DNA of 64,000 nucleotides from Ostreococcus lucimarinus (lineage: Eukaryota). Under the pieces are notes generated by a model. The model was not told the DNA's origin. It saw only the letters and a list, made by a program, of their open reading frames with translations, and ran no database searches. A program made the translations under genes and the position numbers. Positions 1 to 8,993 of the stretch are shown piece after piece. Each line of letters begins with the position of its first letter. The stretch's first letter is position 1. The stretch is taken from assembly GCA_000092065.1 (NCBI GenBank), contig CP000582.1; one strand, given 5' to 3'.

Positions 1-42
1 GCGGAACTAGGAAAAGTATTTTGTCCTTGTCATCTGATTGGA

Positions 43-96
43 CTAGGCACTTTAGTGATCGTAACCTAGGCACTAAAGTGCCTAGGTTACGATTCA
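43..96. repeat. Compound nested inverted repeat: arms atcgtaacctaggcac (58-73) / gtgcctaggttacgat (78-93), plus outer arms ctaggcactttagtg (43-57) / cactaaagtgcctag (71-85)
   Basis: Reverse complements verified by eye. A degenerate copy of the same motif (taaagtgcctaNNNggttacgattc) occurs at 35897..35960. Confidence 0.6.
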
Positions 97-128
97 AATA
101 GCTTTATATTATATTGTTATATGTATGA

Positions 129-150
129 TATGATATGATATCATATCATA
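129..150. promoter_or_regulatory. 22-nt perfect palindrome (tatgatatgatatcatatcata) within a 'atgatat'-rich block 121..156, followed by palindrome cgtggtaccacg (168..179); intergenic, upstream of the glutathione reductase gene
   Basis: Checked by hand: positions 129-139 are the reverse complement of 140-150. A related motif occurs at 63783..63803. Confidence 0.5.
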
Positions 151-253
151 CATATCGTGGTACCACGTGTATGTTTTGTGGAGCCTCGACGGCGCGGTGT
201 GGCCGACCAGGTATGTTCTTTGTCTTTCACGCGGCCGAACTTGACGCATTCGA

Positions 254-1914
254 ATGTTAGTCGCTAAACTATCATCACAAGGATTTAATCTCGTTCGTTT
301 TCAAAAACGGACGGCGCTCCGGGTCGTCGCTTCTGCGAAAAATACGGAGGGTGCCCGCGTGATGCGTACAGCGGCCGTGAGGGGAGCTTCCTCAGAACAT
401 GGTTTCGACTACGATATTTTCGTCATCGGTAAGTCATACTTTCACATCGCGCGTTTCTAAATCGAATGAATATTGGTAGGTGGGGGATCTGGCGGAGTTC
501 GCGCGTCGCGAATGGCTTCAAGCGCGGGTGCAAAAGTTGGACTCTGTGAAATGCCTTACGACCCAATAAGTTCAGATAGGACTGGTGGGCTCGGCGGCAC
601 TTGTGTAATTCGAGGTTGCGTTCCGAAGAAACTATTCGTCTTTGGAAGCGGATTTTCTGCCGATTTCGAAGACGCAAGTGGATTCGGATGGGTGTTGAGT
701 GAACCCAAGCTAGACTGGAAGAGGCTACTCGACGCAAAATTGAAGGAAACAGAGCGTTTAAATGGGATTTATGAAAGGTTACTTGATGGTTCAGGTGTCA
801 CATCCTACGTAGGCGCTGGGAAATTATTGGACAATCACACAGTCGAGATAACTGGACAAGAGGTACGAGAAGTTTTTTTCTCTAAACGTGTGCGTGTTGA
901 AAATGAATATAGGGCTCAAAGGAAAGCGTGACTGCGAGAGATATCCTCATCGCCACCGGGGGGAGAGCTTATGTGCCCGACATCCCTGGTGCAGAGCTTG
1001 GCATAACGTCGGATGAAGCCCTAAACTTGACCGAGCTACCGAAGAAAATGGTGATAGTGGGTAGTGGTTACATTGCAGTCGAGTTTGCTGGTATTTTCGC
1101 TGGACTTGGCGTGGAAGTCGACTTGGTTTATCGTCAAGCCCTTCCTCTTAGAGGCTTTGACGATGATATACGCAGCACAGTCTACTCTAACTTGAAAGAG
1201 AGAGGAATTAATCAAATTTCTAGCTGTCAACTCGTCAGTTTGGACAAACAGTCGGATGGTCGGTTGTTGTTAAGAACGTCTACTGAAGAATTAGAAACGG
1301 ATGTAGTTATCTTTGCGACAGGAAGGATACCAAATACAACTAGACCGAAACTTGGGCTAGAAAGTGTGGGGGTCGAACTTTCTGCAACGGGTGCCATAAA
1401 AGTGGATGAATACAGTAGAACTACGGTGAGCAATATATGGGCTGTTGGTGATGTTACCGATAGAGTCAATTTGACACCGGTTGCGCTTATGGAAGGGATG
1501 GCCTTTGTAGACACAGTCGTAAGGGGTAATCCGACTAAACCGGATTATGAGAATATACCATGTGCAGTATTCTCTCAACCGCCCGTTGCGACCGTCGGTT
1601 TATCAGAAAACGATGCGATTATGAGGGGGGTTCGATGCGATGTTTTCATGTCTTCTTTCACTCCGATGAAATATTCTCTCTCTGGGCGTAAAGAGAAAGC
1701 TCTGATGAAACTGGTAGTTGATTCAGTCAGTCAAAGGGTATTAGGTGTGCACATGGTAGGCCCCGATGCGGCAGAAATACTTCAAGGTTTCGCAACAGCT
1801 CTGAAATGTGGAGCTACCAAGCAGCACTTCGATCAGACTGTTGGTATCCATCCCTCTAGTGCTGAAGAGTTCGTGACAATGCGTTCGTTGACGCGGACAG
1901 TGGGGGGCGAATAG
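254..1914 (+). CDS. Glutathione reductase (pyridine nucleotide-disulfide oxidoreductase); 3 exons 254-428, 479-862, 913-1914; introns 429-478 and 863-912 (50 nt each, GTAAGT..TAG and GTACGA..TAG); ~45 aa N-terminal presequence
   Basis: Joining the three ORF-track pieces gives ...DYDIFVIG|GGSGGVRA...[13 protein letters not shown] (FAD site, redox-active disulfide), then [35 protein letters not shown] (NADPH site), GRIPNT, AVGDV, and C-terminal [12 protein letters not shown] (His-Pro...Glu active site). It is collinear with human GR. The 'GTG-start' ORF 928..1914 is really exon 3. Confidence 0.85.
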
Positions 1915-2151
1915 GATGTAGGTAAGAATCATGGGCAGCGTTCTCAAGCATCAGGCAAGTACGCACGTTAGTCACACGCGAATTCATCATGAACAACCAA
2001 AGGAAAATCATTTGTCGCTTTGGCTCCATAGTCATGTATCGGCTCTACACTCATATTTAGTTTTAATACGACAACGAATCTAAATACCAGTCAAGCCTAC
2101 TCTCGCTGAACGAGAAAATCATCTGTTTTCGCACAGCATACTCGTAATATA

Positions 2152-3066
2152 TTAGCCAAACAGCACATTCAACGGATCAACTCTAGGAACAATCGACGTA
2201 ACCTGAGCATATTTATGTTCAGAATACTTTTCATGAATTGCTTGAAACTGATCTGGCTCATAAGCCATCATATCGGCATGAAGGATGTCGATGCACTGTC
2301 GCAATTTTGGTGTGTCTAAATCTACCAAGAACGGTATAATTTGTGGCTTTTCTCTACACAAGTAAAATTCTGCAAGGACAGTAGCTGCGGCGGCAATAAC
2401 CGCGGGAGGAAATTGCAGAAAAACACTTCGCATCAGCGTTACTTCAGACAAAAATGATGCCAAATGTGAGCACAACTGATCCGCTTTGATTTTCGATAGA
2501 TAAATTGTGAGAAATGTTTTCGTCGTCGTCAGCGTGACAGAGAAATCCAAACATTTTAATATGATTCGTTCCATCTCGATAATCTGAGATCGATCGTACG
2601 AGTTATCTGTTATAAAGCACAACTCTTCGATCTGTGGTGCATAGATTTCCTCATATTTTGCGGCTATGAATACGCATGTTATCCCCAACAACTGAAGTTT
2701 TGAACGACTTATTGGTAGCTGTTGCAAACACATATCCGTGTACGCCACGCTTAAAAATAGTGTTTCGGGTACGAGCTTATACTCTTCTGCAACTTCTATC
2801 ATCCAATCGACTAAAATACGTCTCATACTCATACTGATATCTGGGGAAGAAAGCCCAAGTTTGCTGGGAGGTTCCCGCTGCGACTTCAGAAGGTTGATGT
2901 AAATATCGTCTACAGTTGAGAACTTGTTAGACATTCTAACGTTATTCCCAGTCAGAGATGCCGCGGATACATCTTTGGCGTATCCCTGGCTCGCGCTCTT
3001 GTGAACCTGGTCTTCGGACGCAGAAGTTGATGGTGCTGAACCTGCTAATTTTGAGCTCTCTTTCAA
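2152..3066 (-). CDS. A/B-type cyclin (cyclin box MRRILVDWMIEVAEEYKL...KYEEIYAPQIEELCFITDNSY)
   Basis: The cyclin-box motifs match B-type cyclins (MRAILVDW..VEV.EEYKL..ETL; AAKYEEIY.P). The N-terminus may continue in an upstream exon (the small ORF 2942..3139 is in a different frame). Confidence 0.75.
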   Translation of the reverse strand: MKESSKLAGSAPSTSASEDQVHKSASQGYAKDVSAASLTGNNVRMSNKFSTVDDIYINLLKSQREPPSKLGLSSPDISMSMRRILVDWMIEVAEEYKLVPETLFLSVAYTDMCLQQLPISRSKLQLLGITCVFIAAKYEEIYAPQIEELCFITDNSYDRSQIIEMERIILKCLDFSVTLTTTKTFLTIYLSKIKADQLCSHLASFLSEVTLMRSVFLQFPPAVIAAAATVLAEFYLCREKPQIIPFLVDLDTPKLRQCIDILHADMMAYEPDQFQAIHEKYSEHKYAQVTSIVPRVDPLNVLFG

Positions 3067-3428
3067 AAGAAAGCGGTTTGTGCTCGAGTTCGTGACATCG
3101 CGTAGTATTGTCAGGTGTCCCTAATTGAGAGCAAAACATGAGAAGATGCGGTTTTGCGTTGTTTTAACATCCGTACCGATTCGTCCACTACACCAGGAAC
3201 CATGTCGCGCCACGAGACTCCGTTTTTTTGAATTTGCCGACTTTCACTGCGACTGGCGAACGGTAGAGGGACCGCAGAGCGACGAAGGAGCGACGAAGGA
3301 GCGATCGTAGATCGTAGATTGCGTCCTCTGCAAGACCGCAAATGTCTTAAGGAATCGAGCTTGTGTAACGTGTTGCGATGTGAGTCGTCTGCGATTTTGA
3401 ACGGCGGGGTTCGTTTCGTTCCCAGCAC

Positions 3429-3518
3429 GGAAAAATTTATATATCGCCCCTTTAGAGAGTACCTACACACATGACGAGTCATGAACCGTGGATATATACG
3501 TATTTTACACCGTTTAGT
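3429..3518. repeat. Left terminal inverted repeat (90 nt)
   Basis: ggaaaaatttatatatcgcccctttagagagtacctacacacatgacgagtcatgaaccgtggatatatacgtattttacaccgtttagt; its reverse complement is at 4192..4279. Confidence 0.8.
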
Positions 3519-3519
3519 T

Positions 3520-4086
3520 CTAAAAGTTTGATTCTACAACATCTACGAGGTACTTACTAATGCTAATTTGCTCGCCTTTGCTTGCCTTGCGTTTGTGTTC
3601 ATCGACCATCTTCTCGTGCCAGCCCCTCTTCCTGCTCAACGCCGTATCACCCGCCGCGCCTCTCATAGGAATCGCAACCAGGTTCGACATACCGAGCACA
3701 CCATCGCCGTCCATTTTGCTATTCTTGGACATGTTTTGAGACATCTCTCTGTGTGTCTTCAAGTTGTGCATGAAACGTTGAAGTTTGTCGAGCGCGTCTG
3801 TGATGTGTGCGGCTTCATCAGGCTCGAACGTAAACTCCGGATCGAGTGCGAGTTGTATCATCTCGGTACACGATTGAACCCAGCGTGACTTTACACTCAC
3901 GTTGTCGAAAGCTGCTCCAAGGCTTCTCCGATGAGTTGGTAGAGAGGCTTCAACATTATCTGGAATCGCTGGAGTCACGTGTCTCCTGGAATCGCTGGAG
4001 TCACGTGTCTCCTGGAGCCCGGACGATACGTGAAGAGCATCACCGAACGGATCGTCGAAGGGATCATCGTCGCACTCGTCTTCCAT
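3520..4086 (-). CDS. Hypothetical acidic protein encoded inside the TIR element (188 aa; N-terminal DDDPFDDPF, C-terminal basic SRKRGWHEKMVDEHKRKASKGE)
   Basis: Longest ORF in the element core. It might be the accessory DNA-binding ORF of a Harbinger-type element, but no clear Myb/SANT motif is seen. A 26-nt tandem duplication lies within it. Confidence 0.25.
   Translation of the reverse strand: MEDECDDDPFDDPFGDALHVSSGLQETRDSSDSRRHVTPAIPDNVEASLPTHRRSLGAAFDNVSVKSRWVQSCTEMIQLALDPEFTFEPDEAAHITDALDKLQRFMHNLKTHREMSQNMSKNSKMDGDGVLGMSNLVAIPMRGAAGDTALSRKRGWHEKMVDEHKRKASKGEQISISKYLVDVVESNF
3961..4012. repeat. Tandem duplication, 2 x 26 nt (tggaatcgctggagtcacgtgtctcc)
   Basis: Exact direct repeat read in the sequence. 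Being 26 nt rather than 27, it would shift the frame of any ORF crossing it. Confidence 0.85.
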
Positions 4087-4191
4087 CCGACCATCGCCCG
4101 CACGCGCGACGACAACTGGCGCGACAGGCGTGGAAAAGACACGAGGCGAACGTGTTTTTCACCAAGGTAGGAATACTCTATTGTAGATGGC

Positions 4192-4279
4192 ACTAAACGG
4201 TGTAAAATACGTATATATCCACGGTTCATGACTCGTCATGTGTGTAGGTACTCTCTAAAGGGGCGATATAAATTTTTCC
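4192..4279. repeat. Right terminal inverted repeat (88 nt)
   Basis: Reverse complement of 3429..3518. Confidence 0.8.
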
Positions 4280-4445
4280 CCCCGAACGCGTTTTTTGAAC
4301 GCGCCGGGGTTTAGCGAAACGCGATGGCGCAACCGTCGCGTTCGCGCGCCCGCCAGTGCGCGGTGCGGCCGCGGCCGCCCGCGGGTGCGCGTGAGTAGTT
4401 CGAGGTGATTCCGACGCGTCGCGTCCGCACGTCGTCGCGCGCCGA

Positions 4446-6239
4446 ATGCCTCGCACGTGCGTGTGCACGAACCCGAACTGCGACAAAGATGTCGAGCGAT
4501 TCGCGTTCCAACTCGGCAAGCACTGGAAAGACGACGTGCTCAAATCGATTCTATCGAGTCTCAGACCCGGAGCGGATGCTGATGACGTAGAAAAATACTT
4601 TTTGCGCGCGATGACGAAGCCCGATGGTGTTCGAGTGTCCTCGCAGCACTTCTTCTGGTACCATTTAGCATGGTCTCGAGGAGACCGCCCGAAGCTGGTC
4701 TTCAAAGATGGCGCGCACGTCCGGCCGACGTACATGCTCCATTCGAATCGGCCGACGTACGCGGGCGAACGAATCGTCGATCCGGCTCGTGTAGAATGTT
4801 TATCACCGCGCGAGACGCGTCTGCGCGTGAAGGCGCCGGCACGGGCGCCCCTTTCAGAGATTTCAAATTTGAATGAGGACGACGTGCATGCGACACAAGC
4901 TGGTGTCAGAGTTGGGATTAAACGGCGACGATCTGCTCCTGCGGCAATTTGCTCGCACAATCGCGCGCAAAACATGTCTTTGAACTCGTTTGAACGGGGA
5001 AGGCCGGGGGAAGAGACGTGCCGCGTGCAAGAAGGGACTATCCACAAGTTACGCTGTGATGAGTTGAAGTTGAGCGAGGCGCTGCGGGAAGAGCGTCAGC
5101 ACGCAGACGACGCGCGCGAGGACGTTCGTTTGCTCACGGAAGAACTTGAACGTATTCAAGAAGAAATGCACGACCAGGATCGAAAATCCTCGTTCGTAAC
5201 TATGCGATACTTGCGGGCGACGAGAGCTAGTGATAAGCAAATCAAAGCGCTTACTGGGTGGCCAACTTTGAAAACATTCGATGCTTTGTGGCGTTTCGTC
5301 AACGCGGGCGACCGCAATGCGACGCAAAACTTGTCGATTGTCAAACGAAAATGGAGGGGCGATTCGACGAGCGCGACGGGTTCGCATGGAACGGTCGTTC
5401 CGCGGAAAAAGAGCTTCAAATGGGAAGATGTATTTTTGGCGTGGTGGATGAGAGCGAAGATGGACTTGACCGCGGATCAACTTGCATACTTCGTCGGAAT
5501 ACACAAATCGACGCTTACACGTGCGCTACATCAAATGACATCATTTTTAACGGTTTTTATACGTGCTTACGGTGGCGACCCGATCGATCCCGAATGGATC
5601 CAGATGACAACAGGGGAGGATTGGAAAGAAGCATACGGGCAGAAACCTTATGAGATTATCGACGTGACTGAAGTGCCCATGGAGACTCCAGATGACCCAT
5701 ATATGCAGCGTTTGTTTTACAGTCATTATAAGAAGCGCTACGTGTGCAAATTTCTTGGCGCCTGTCACTCAAATTGTCTTGCCGCTTTCTGTTCAGTTGG
5801 GTTCCCTGGATCCATTTTTGACAATGAAATTTGCTTTGCTGGAAAGGATCATCCGATGCTTAATCATGCGGTACACCGAGCCAGCATCCGCCGGAGGACG
5901 TTCACAGACGAGAACGACGAAAATGTAGTCGTTCCCGAAACAATTGCAGCTGATCGTGGCTTTTGCGAAGGGTTGAATAGACAGTTTGAACGGGATGCGT
6001 TCAGGCTTGTGCACCCTGCGTTTTCAAGAGGCAAGAATGTGGCCTTCTCCAAGGAGGACATTCTCGACACCAGGGCGCAAGCATGTCGCCGAGTGCTAAT
6101 TGAAAATGCTTTCGGTCGCGTCAAGACGATTTGGAAGCGTATGCGCGGTCCAATAGCTATCTCCAAGCTGAAATCGGTGCATCAGGAGTGGCCAATAATA
6201 TTTTTCCTAGCGCTAGATTTACAAGCTTCGCTAAGGTAG
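4446..6239 (+). CDS. PIF/Harbinger-superfamily DDE transposase (DDE_Tnp_4-like), 597 aa, intronless
   Basis: C-terminal catalytic region: IIDVTEVPMETPDD (first D), YYSHYKKRYVCKF, IAADRGF (second D), LIENAFGRVKTIWKRMRG (E; Harbinger IERAFGxLKxRFRIL motif). N-terminal CxC..C zinc-finger-like stretch and an HTH-like ALTGWPTLKTFDALWRF. Preceded by an ~80% GC stretch 4280..4445. Confidence 0.7.
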   Translation: MPRTCVCTNPNCDKDVERFAFQLGKHWKDDVLKSILSSLRPGADADDVEKYFLRAMTKPDGVRVSSQHFFWYHLAWSRGDRPKLVFKDGAHVRPTYMLHSNRPTYAGERIVDPARVECLSPRETRLRVKAPARAPLSEISNLNEDDVHATQAGVRVGIKRRRSAPAAICSHNRAQNMSLNSFERGRPGEETCRVQEGTIHKLRCDELKLSEALREERQHADDAREDVRLLTEELERIQEEMHDQDRKSSFVTMRYLRATRASDKQIKALTGWPTLKTFDALWRFVNAGDRNATQNLSIVKRKWRGDSTSATGSHGTVVPRKKSFKWEDVFLAWWMRAKMDLTADQLAYFVGIHKSTLTRALHQMTSFLTVFIRAYGGDPIDPEWIQMTTGEDWKEAYGQKPYEIIDVTEVPMETPDDPYMQRLFYSHYKKRYVCKFLGACHSNCLAAFCSVGFPGSIFDNEICFAGKDHPMLNHAVHRASIRRRTFTDENDENVVVPETIAADRGFCEGLNRQFERDAFRLVHPAFSRGKNVAFSKEDILDTRAQACRRVLIENAFGRVKTIWKRMRGPIAISKLKSVHQEWPIIFFLALDLQASLR

Positions 6240-8354
6240 ATTCCGCGTCTCGCACGCGTCTGTAACCCTGTGTAAAGTACATTTGTGATTGTTCTCTTTT
6301 TCATATACGTCGAAATACTCCCTGAGAAGTGTTGATGGCTTGTTTCGCGACCACATCGCGCTTACATCAGGTGCAACTTCAGGGAGCTCCAAATCACCGT
6401 CACCGCGAGTGTCCACAGTGCATCGTCGCTTTGCGCGCCCAGCTTCGAATCGATTAAAGTCAATGTTGCTAAGAGGATTTTTGCGATTCATCGGATCCCC
6501 TTCGCCACTCGTGCCGAACCACTCACTTTCGAGCGACGTGCATGGATCAGCTGGTCGTTGCAACTTGGCAAAATACCAGAGCGCTGCGATGACATGGATG
6601 CACCCTCCGAAGTCTCCGCCCGCTCCCGCCTTGCACGCGCACGTCCCACGCTCGACACTGACGACATGGTCATGGACATGTTCATTCGTTTCTTCGTCGA
6701 TGCACCCATACTTGCATAACAAGCATACAGCGACGGCATAACGCTCTGCTTTGAGTGATGCCGGAATACCAACTCGGAACCACACGCGGAAGTGAGTTTG
6801 CATCCACGGATGCCCCACGTGCGCAAAACGAATCGGAAGGGGCGTCCGGGCGTGTATTCGTGCGTATCCTTGTCGATACGCTTTGGATCGAACCGGGTCG
6901 CCGTAAACGGACATCCCCGCGAGCCACGTCGTGATGATGTCCTCACCCATAAGCGGTGACGTCTCGCGGAAAAGCTCAACGTCAGTGCTCCACACTTCAG
7001 CATCCATTGGTGCGTCCAGATCGGGATCTAGCTCAGGGAATTGCGTCACCGGAAGATGAAAATGATGAACCAAATATGTATGAAGACTTTTCCCTTCTGG
7101 ATCCTGGACGTCGCCGTCGACGTCGATATCTAGCTCCTCGTACCGACGCTCAAGCTCCATCCTCTGTATGACCTCTGAGATGATGACATCTTTGTCCCGA
7201 ATATCCTGACATCCGCGGCGGCGATCGTTCCTACGCACGTTCAGCCAACGTATTAAATCCGATTTGGAGTTGTCCTCGACTCTCTTTTCCGGTAAAACGG
7301 CGCCTTTGATGAGATACTTGGGGATTCGTCTCGCCCGTGTTTCACCATGTCTAAAAAGGGCAGCCACTGCAACCAATTCAACGGGTTCGTGAGTATCCGC
7401 ATCGCGCAAACCTAAAGCGAATTCTTCGTTTTCTGAGTGATTTGCGTTGAATATGGTTGCGTCATTGAGCCAGCGTCTCTCTTTCGTCCGCATATCGTAC
7501 ACGATTGCTCGCTCAAAGCCCGCCAGGCTTTCCTCAAGTTTGAGAATTTGCGTGTCCTCATCACTCGCGTCGACGACGTCCTTCTTGACGAGGTATTTCA
7601 CAAAAGAGCGGATACTGAGAGTCTCTGCACTCTGTATGCACGCTACAATGGCTTTCAGAGCCGTTTGGGGTCCAAGTCCGGGAACTTTCCCCTCCCTGTA
7701 ATCACACCCGCTCGCCGCCGCCCACAAGCGCATGGCGGCGTCGCCGTGCATGCACATGAGCTCCGCAACTGTGTTCACCTCGTTCGTGTCTACCGGCATC
7801 CTCAGGTTGTTTCTGTTAAAAACGTTGCACTTTAACGTCGAAACGCTCCAAGACACCTTGTGGACGACCTTGGCGCACCCGAGCACCACTGCATCTGTGT
7901 CATCCGTCAACACGAAATCAACGAGACCACTCGACTCCATGTACTTCAACTGGTGATCTGATTCGTTTGGCGCCACGACGTACACGAATCCACGCTTCCG
8001 CACTTCATTCAGTATCCGAGGCAAATAACATCGTTCGAATTTTTCACCTATCGTACCTGCTCGCTTCGCGTGCGTCTCCTTCTTGTGTGCAGTCCTCGCA
8101 CCGTCGAAAACAAGGACTGGGAAGACACCTGCATTCACGAGCTTCGTAGCGCGCGAAATGACCGTTTCTACAGACGAATCCAGTTTATCCTGAACAGAAC
8201 CAGTTTTTCGCATCGCCCACCCCTGGTGTATCCAGATGTTTGCGTCTACCCCCGCTTTCGCGTTGGCGAACTCGCCGCCGATGGACGTGCGGACGACCGC
8301 ATCGTCGAACGCTTTCCACCCTGCGTCGACGCCCATACGCACCAGAATTTGCAA
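6231..8354 (-). CDS. XPG/Rad2-family (FEN1/EXO1-like) 5' nuclease fused to a C-terminal SWIM-type zinc finger; probable true start MGVDAGWKAF at 8336
   Basis: XPG-N: MGVDAGW...VFPVLVFDGARTAHKKETHAKR. XPG-I: VVAPNESDHQLKYM...VLTDDTDAVVLG. H3TH-like: GKVPGLGPQTALKAIV. C-terminal SWIM-like CxCxnCxH: GTCACKAGAGGDFGGCIHVIAALW. The 3' end overlaps the transposase ORF by 9 nt (convergent). Confidence 0.65.
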   Translation of the reverse strand: MQILVRMGVDAGWKAFDDAVVRTSIGGEFANAKAGVDANIWIHQGWAMRKTGSVQDKLDSSVETVISRATKLVNAGVFPVLVFDGARTAHKKETHAKRAGTIGEKFERCYLPRILNEVRKRGFVYVVAPNESDHQLKYMESSGLVDFVLTDDTDAVVLGCAKVVHKVSWSVSTLKCNVFNRNNLRMPVDTNEVNTVAELMCMHGDAAMRLWAAASGCDYREGKVPGLGPQTALKAIVACIQSAETLSIRSFVKYLVKKDVVDASDEDTQILKLEESLAGFERAIVYDMRTKERRWLNDATIFNANHSENEEFALGLRDADTHEPVELVAVAALFRHGETRARRIPKYLIKGAVLPEKRVEDNSKSDLIRWLNVRRNDRRRGCQDIRDKDVIISEVIQRMELERRYEELDIDVDGDVQDPEGKSLHTYLVHHFHLPVTQFPELDPDLDAPMDAEVWSTDVELFRETSPLMGEDIITTWLAGMSVYGDPVRSKAYRQGYARIHARTPLPIRFAHVGHPWMQTHFRVWFRVGIPASLKAERYAVAVCLLCKYGCIDEETNEHVHDHVVSVERGTCACKAGAGGDFGGCIHVIAALWYFAKLQRPADPCTSLESEWFGTSGEGDPMNRKNPLSNIDFNRFEAGRAKRRCTVDTRGDGDLELPEVAPDVSAMWSRNKPSTLLREYFDVYEKENNHKCTLHRVTDACETRNLP

Positions 8355-8671
8355 ACACGGCTACAACTCGATCAGAAATACATTTTGTCACCTGTTCATG
8401 TGCCTCCGCGATGCCCGACGCGCGTGCGCGCCACGACAGCAGCGTGAAAGTGACGGGGATGCGCGACGGGCCGAGCGAGTTCAAAAAAAGGACGAAAGGG
8501 CACCGGATTCGAGGTTTTCGTCGACAGTGGGTCATGACGAGTCACAAACGTTCGACTTAAATATGTAAAATGATAGGAAAACCTTAATGCAATGGGTCAT
8601 AATAGCTGAATATATATGGTTTCTCGTCGTAATGGACAAAAGTTGCTTTCATAAAAATAAGGATGTAGTTG

Positions 8672-8789
8672 TTACTGAGAGTGGGGTTCGAACCCACGCA
8701 GTCAATGACTACCAGAAATCTCACCAGTTTTTTCGGTGAAGCTTATTCGCACTTGAGTCTGGCCCCTTAGACCACTCGGGCATCCCAGC
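8672..8789 (-). tRNA. tRNA-Leu (anticodon CAA) with a 34-nt intron 3' of position 37; long variable arm; discriminator A73
   Basis: Minus-strand read: GCTGGGA TG CCCGAGTGGTCTAAGGGG C CCAGA CTCAAG[tgcgaataagcttcaccgaaaaaactggtgagat]T TCTGG TAGTCATTGACTGC GTGGG TTCGAAC CCCAC TCTCAGT A. The D-arm is almost identical to yeast tRNA-Leu. Anticodon stem CCAGA/TCTGG and T-stem GTGGG/CCCAC pair perfectly. The acceptor stem has two G-U pairs. A T-run (TTATTTTTA) lies downstream on the minus strand. Confidence 0.75.
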
Positions 8790-8993
8790 ATGCGCAAAGT
8801 GTACAGCTCGCCGAACAAGTACTGTTGTCCCCCCCCATACTGCAGAAAAAAAGTATGGACTCTCATACATCCATGTGACTGACGCGCACGTTCTTACTCG
8901 TTCTTACTGAGTTCATCTTCGCAATGTATGGAGGCCGAAGAGTAATTATATTTTGTAGTTGAGCGCGGTTTTCTGTTCCATCAACGAATATCG

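Larger units (their letters stand above)
3429..4279. mobile_element. TIR-bounded ~850-bp element (non-autonomous DNA-transposon-like or foldback) with 88-90-bp near-perfect terminal inverted repeats enclosing a 673-bp core
   Basis: 3429..3518 is the reverse complement of 4192..4279, with a single 2-nt indel (atatatcg vs atatcg). The flanks share a direct similarity: gaacggcggggttcg on the left, gaacgcgccggggtt on the right. A PIF/Harbinger transposase gene lies immediately to the right. Confidence 0.6.

Noticed and set aside
928-1914. ORF-track call of an independent 328-aa protein starting with GTG at 928, and a separate 152-aa ORF 473..931
   Set aside because: Both are exons of one glutathione reductase gene, joined by 50-nt GT..AG introns (429-478, 863-912). 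The alternative-start M in the track is an artefact.
4226-5504. Antisense ORFs 4226..5047(-), 4311..4523(-), 5049..5504(-) overlapping the transposase gene
   Set aside because: No motifs and low-complexity. They overlap the well-supported DDE transposase frame and the very GC-rich 4280-4445 tract.
6289-8568. Plus-strand ORFs 6289..6741, 7437..7835, 8070..8447, 8236..8568 opposite the XPG-SWIM gene
   Set aside because: Shadow ORFs of the strongly supported minus-strand nuclease gene. No recognisable domains.
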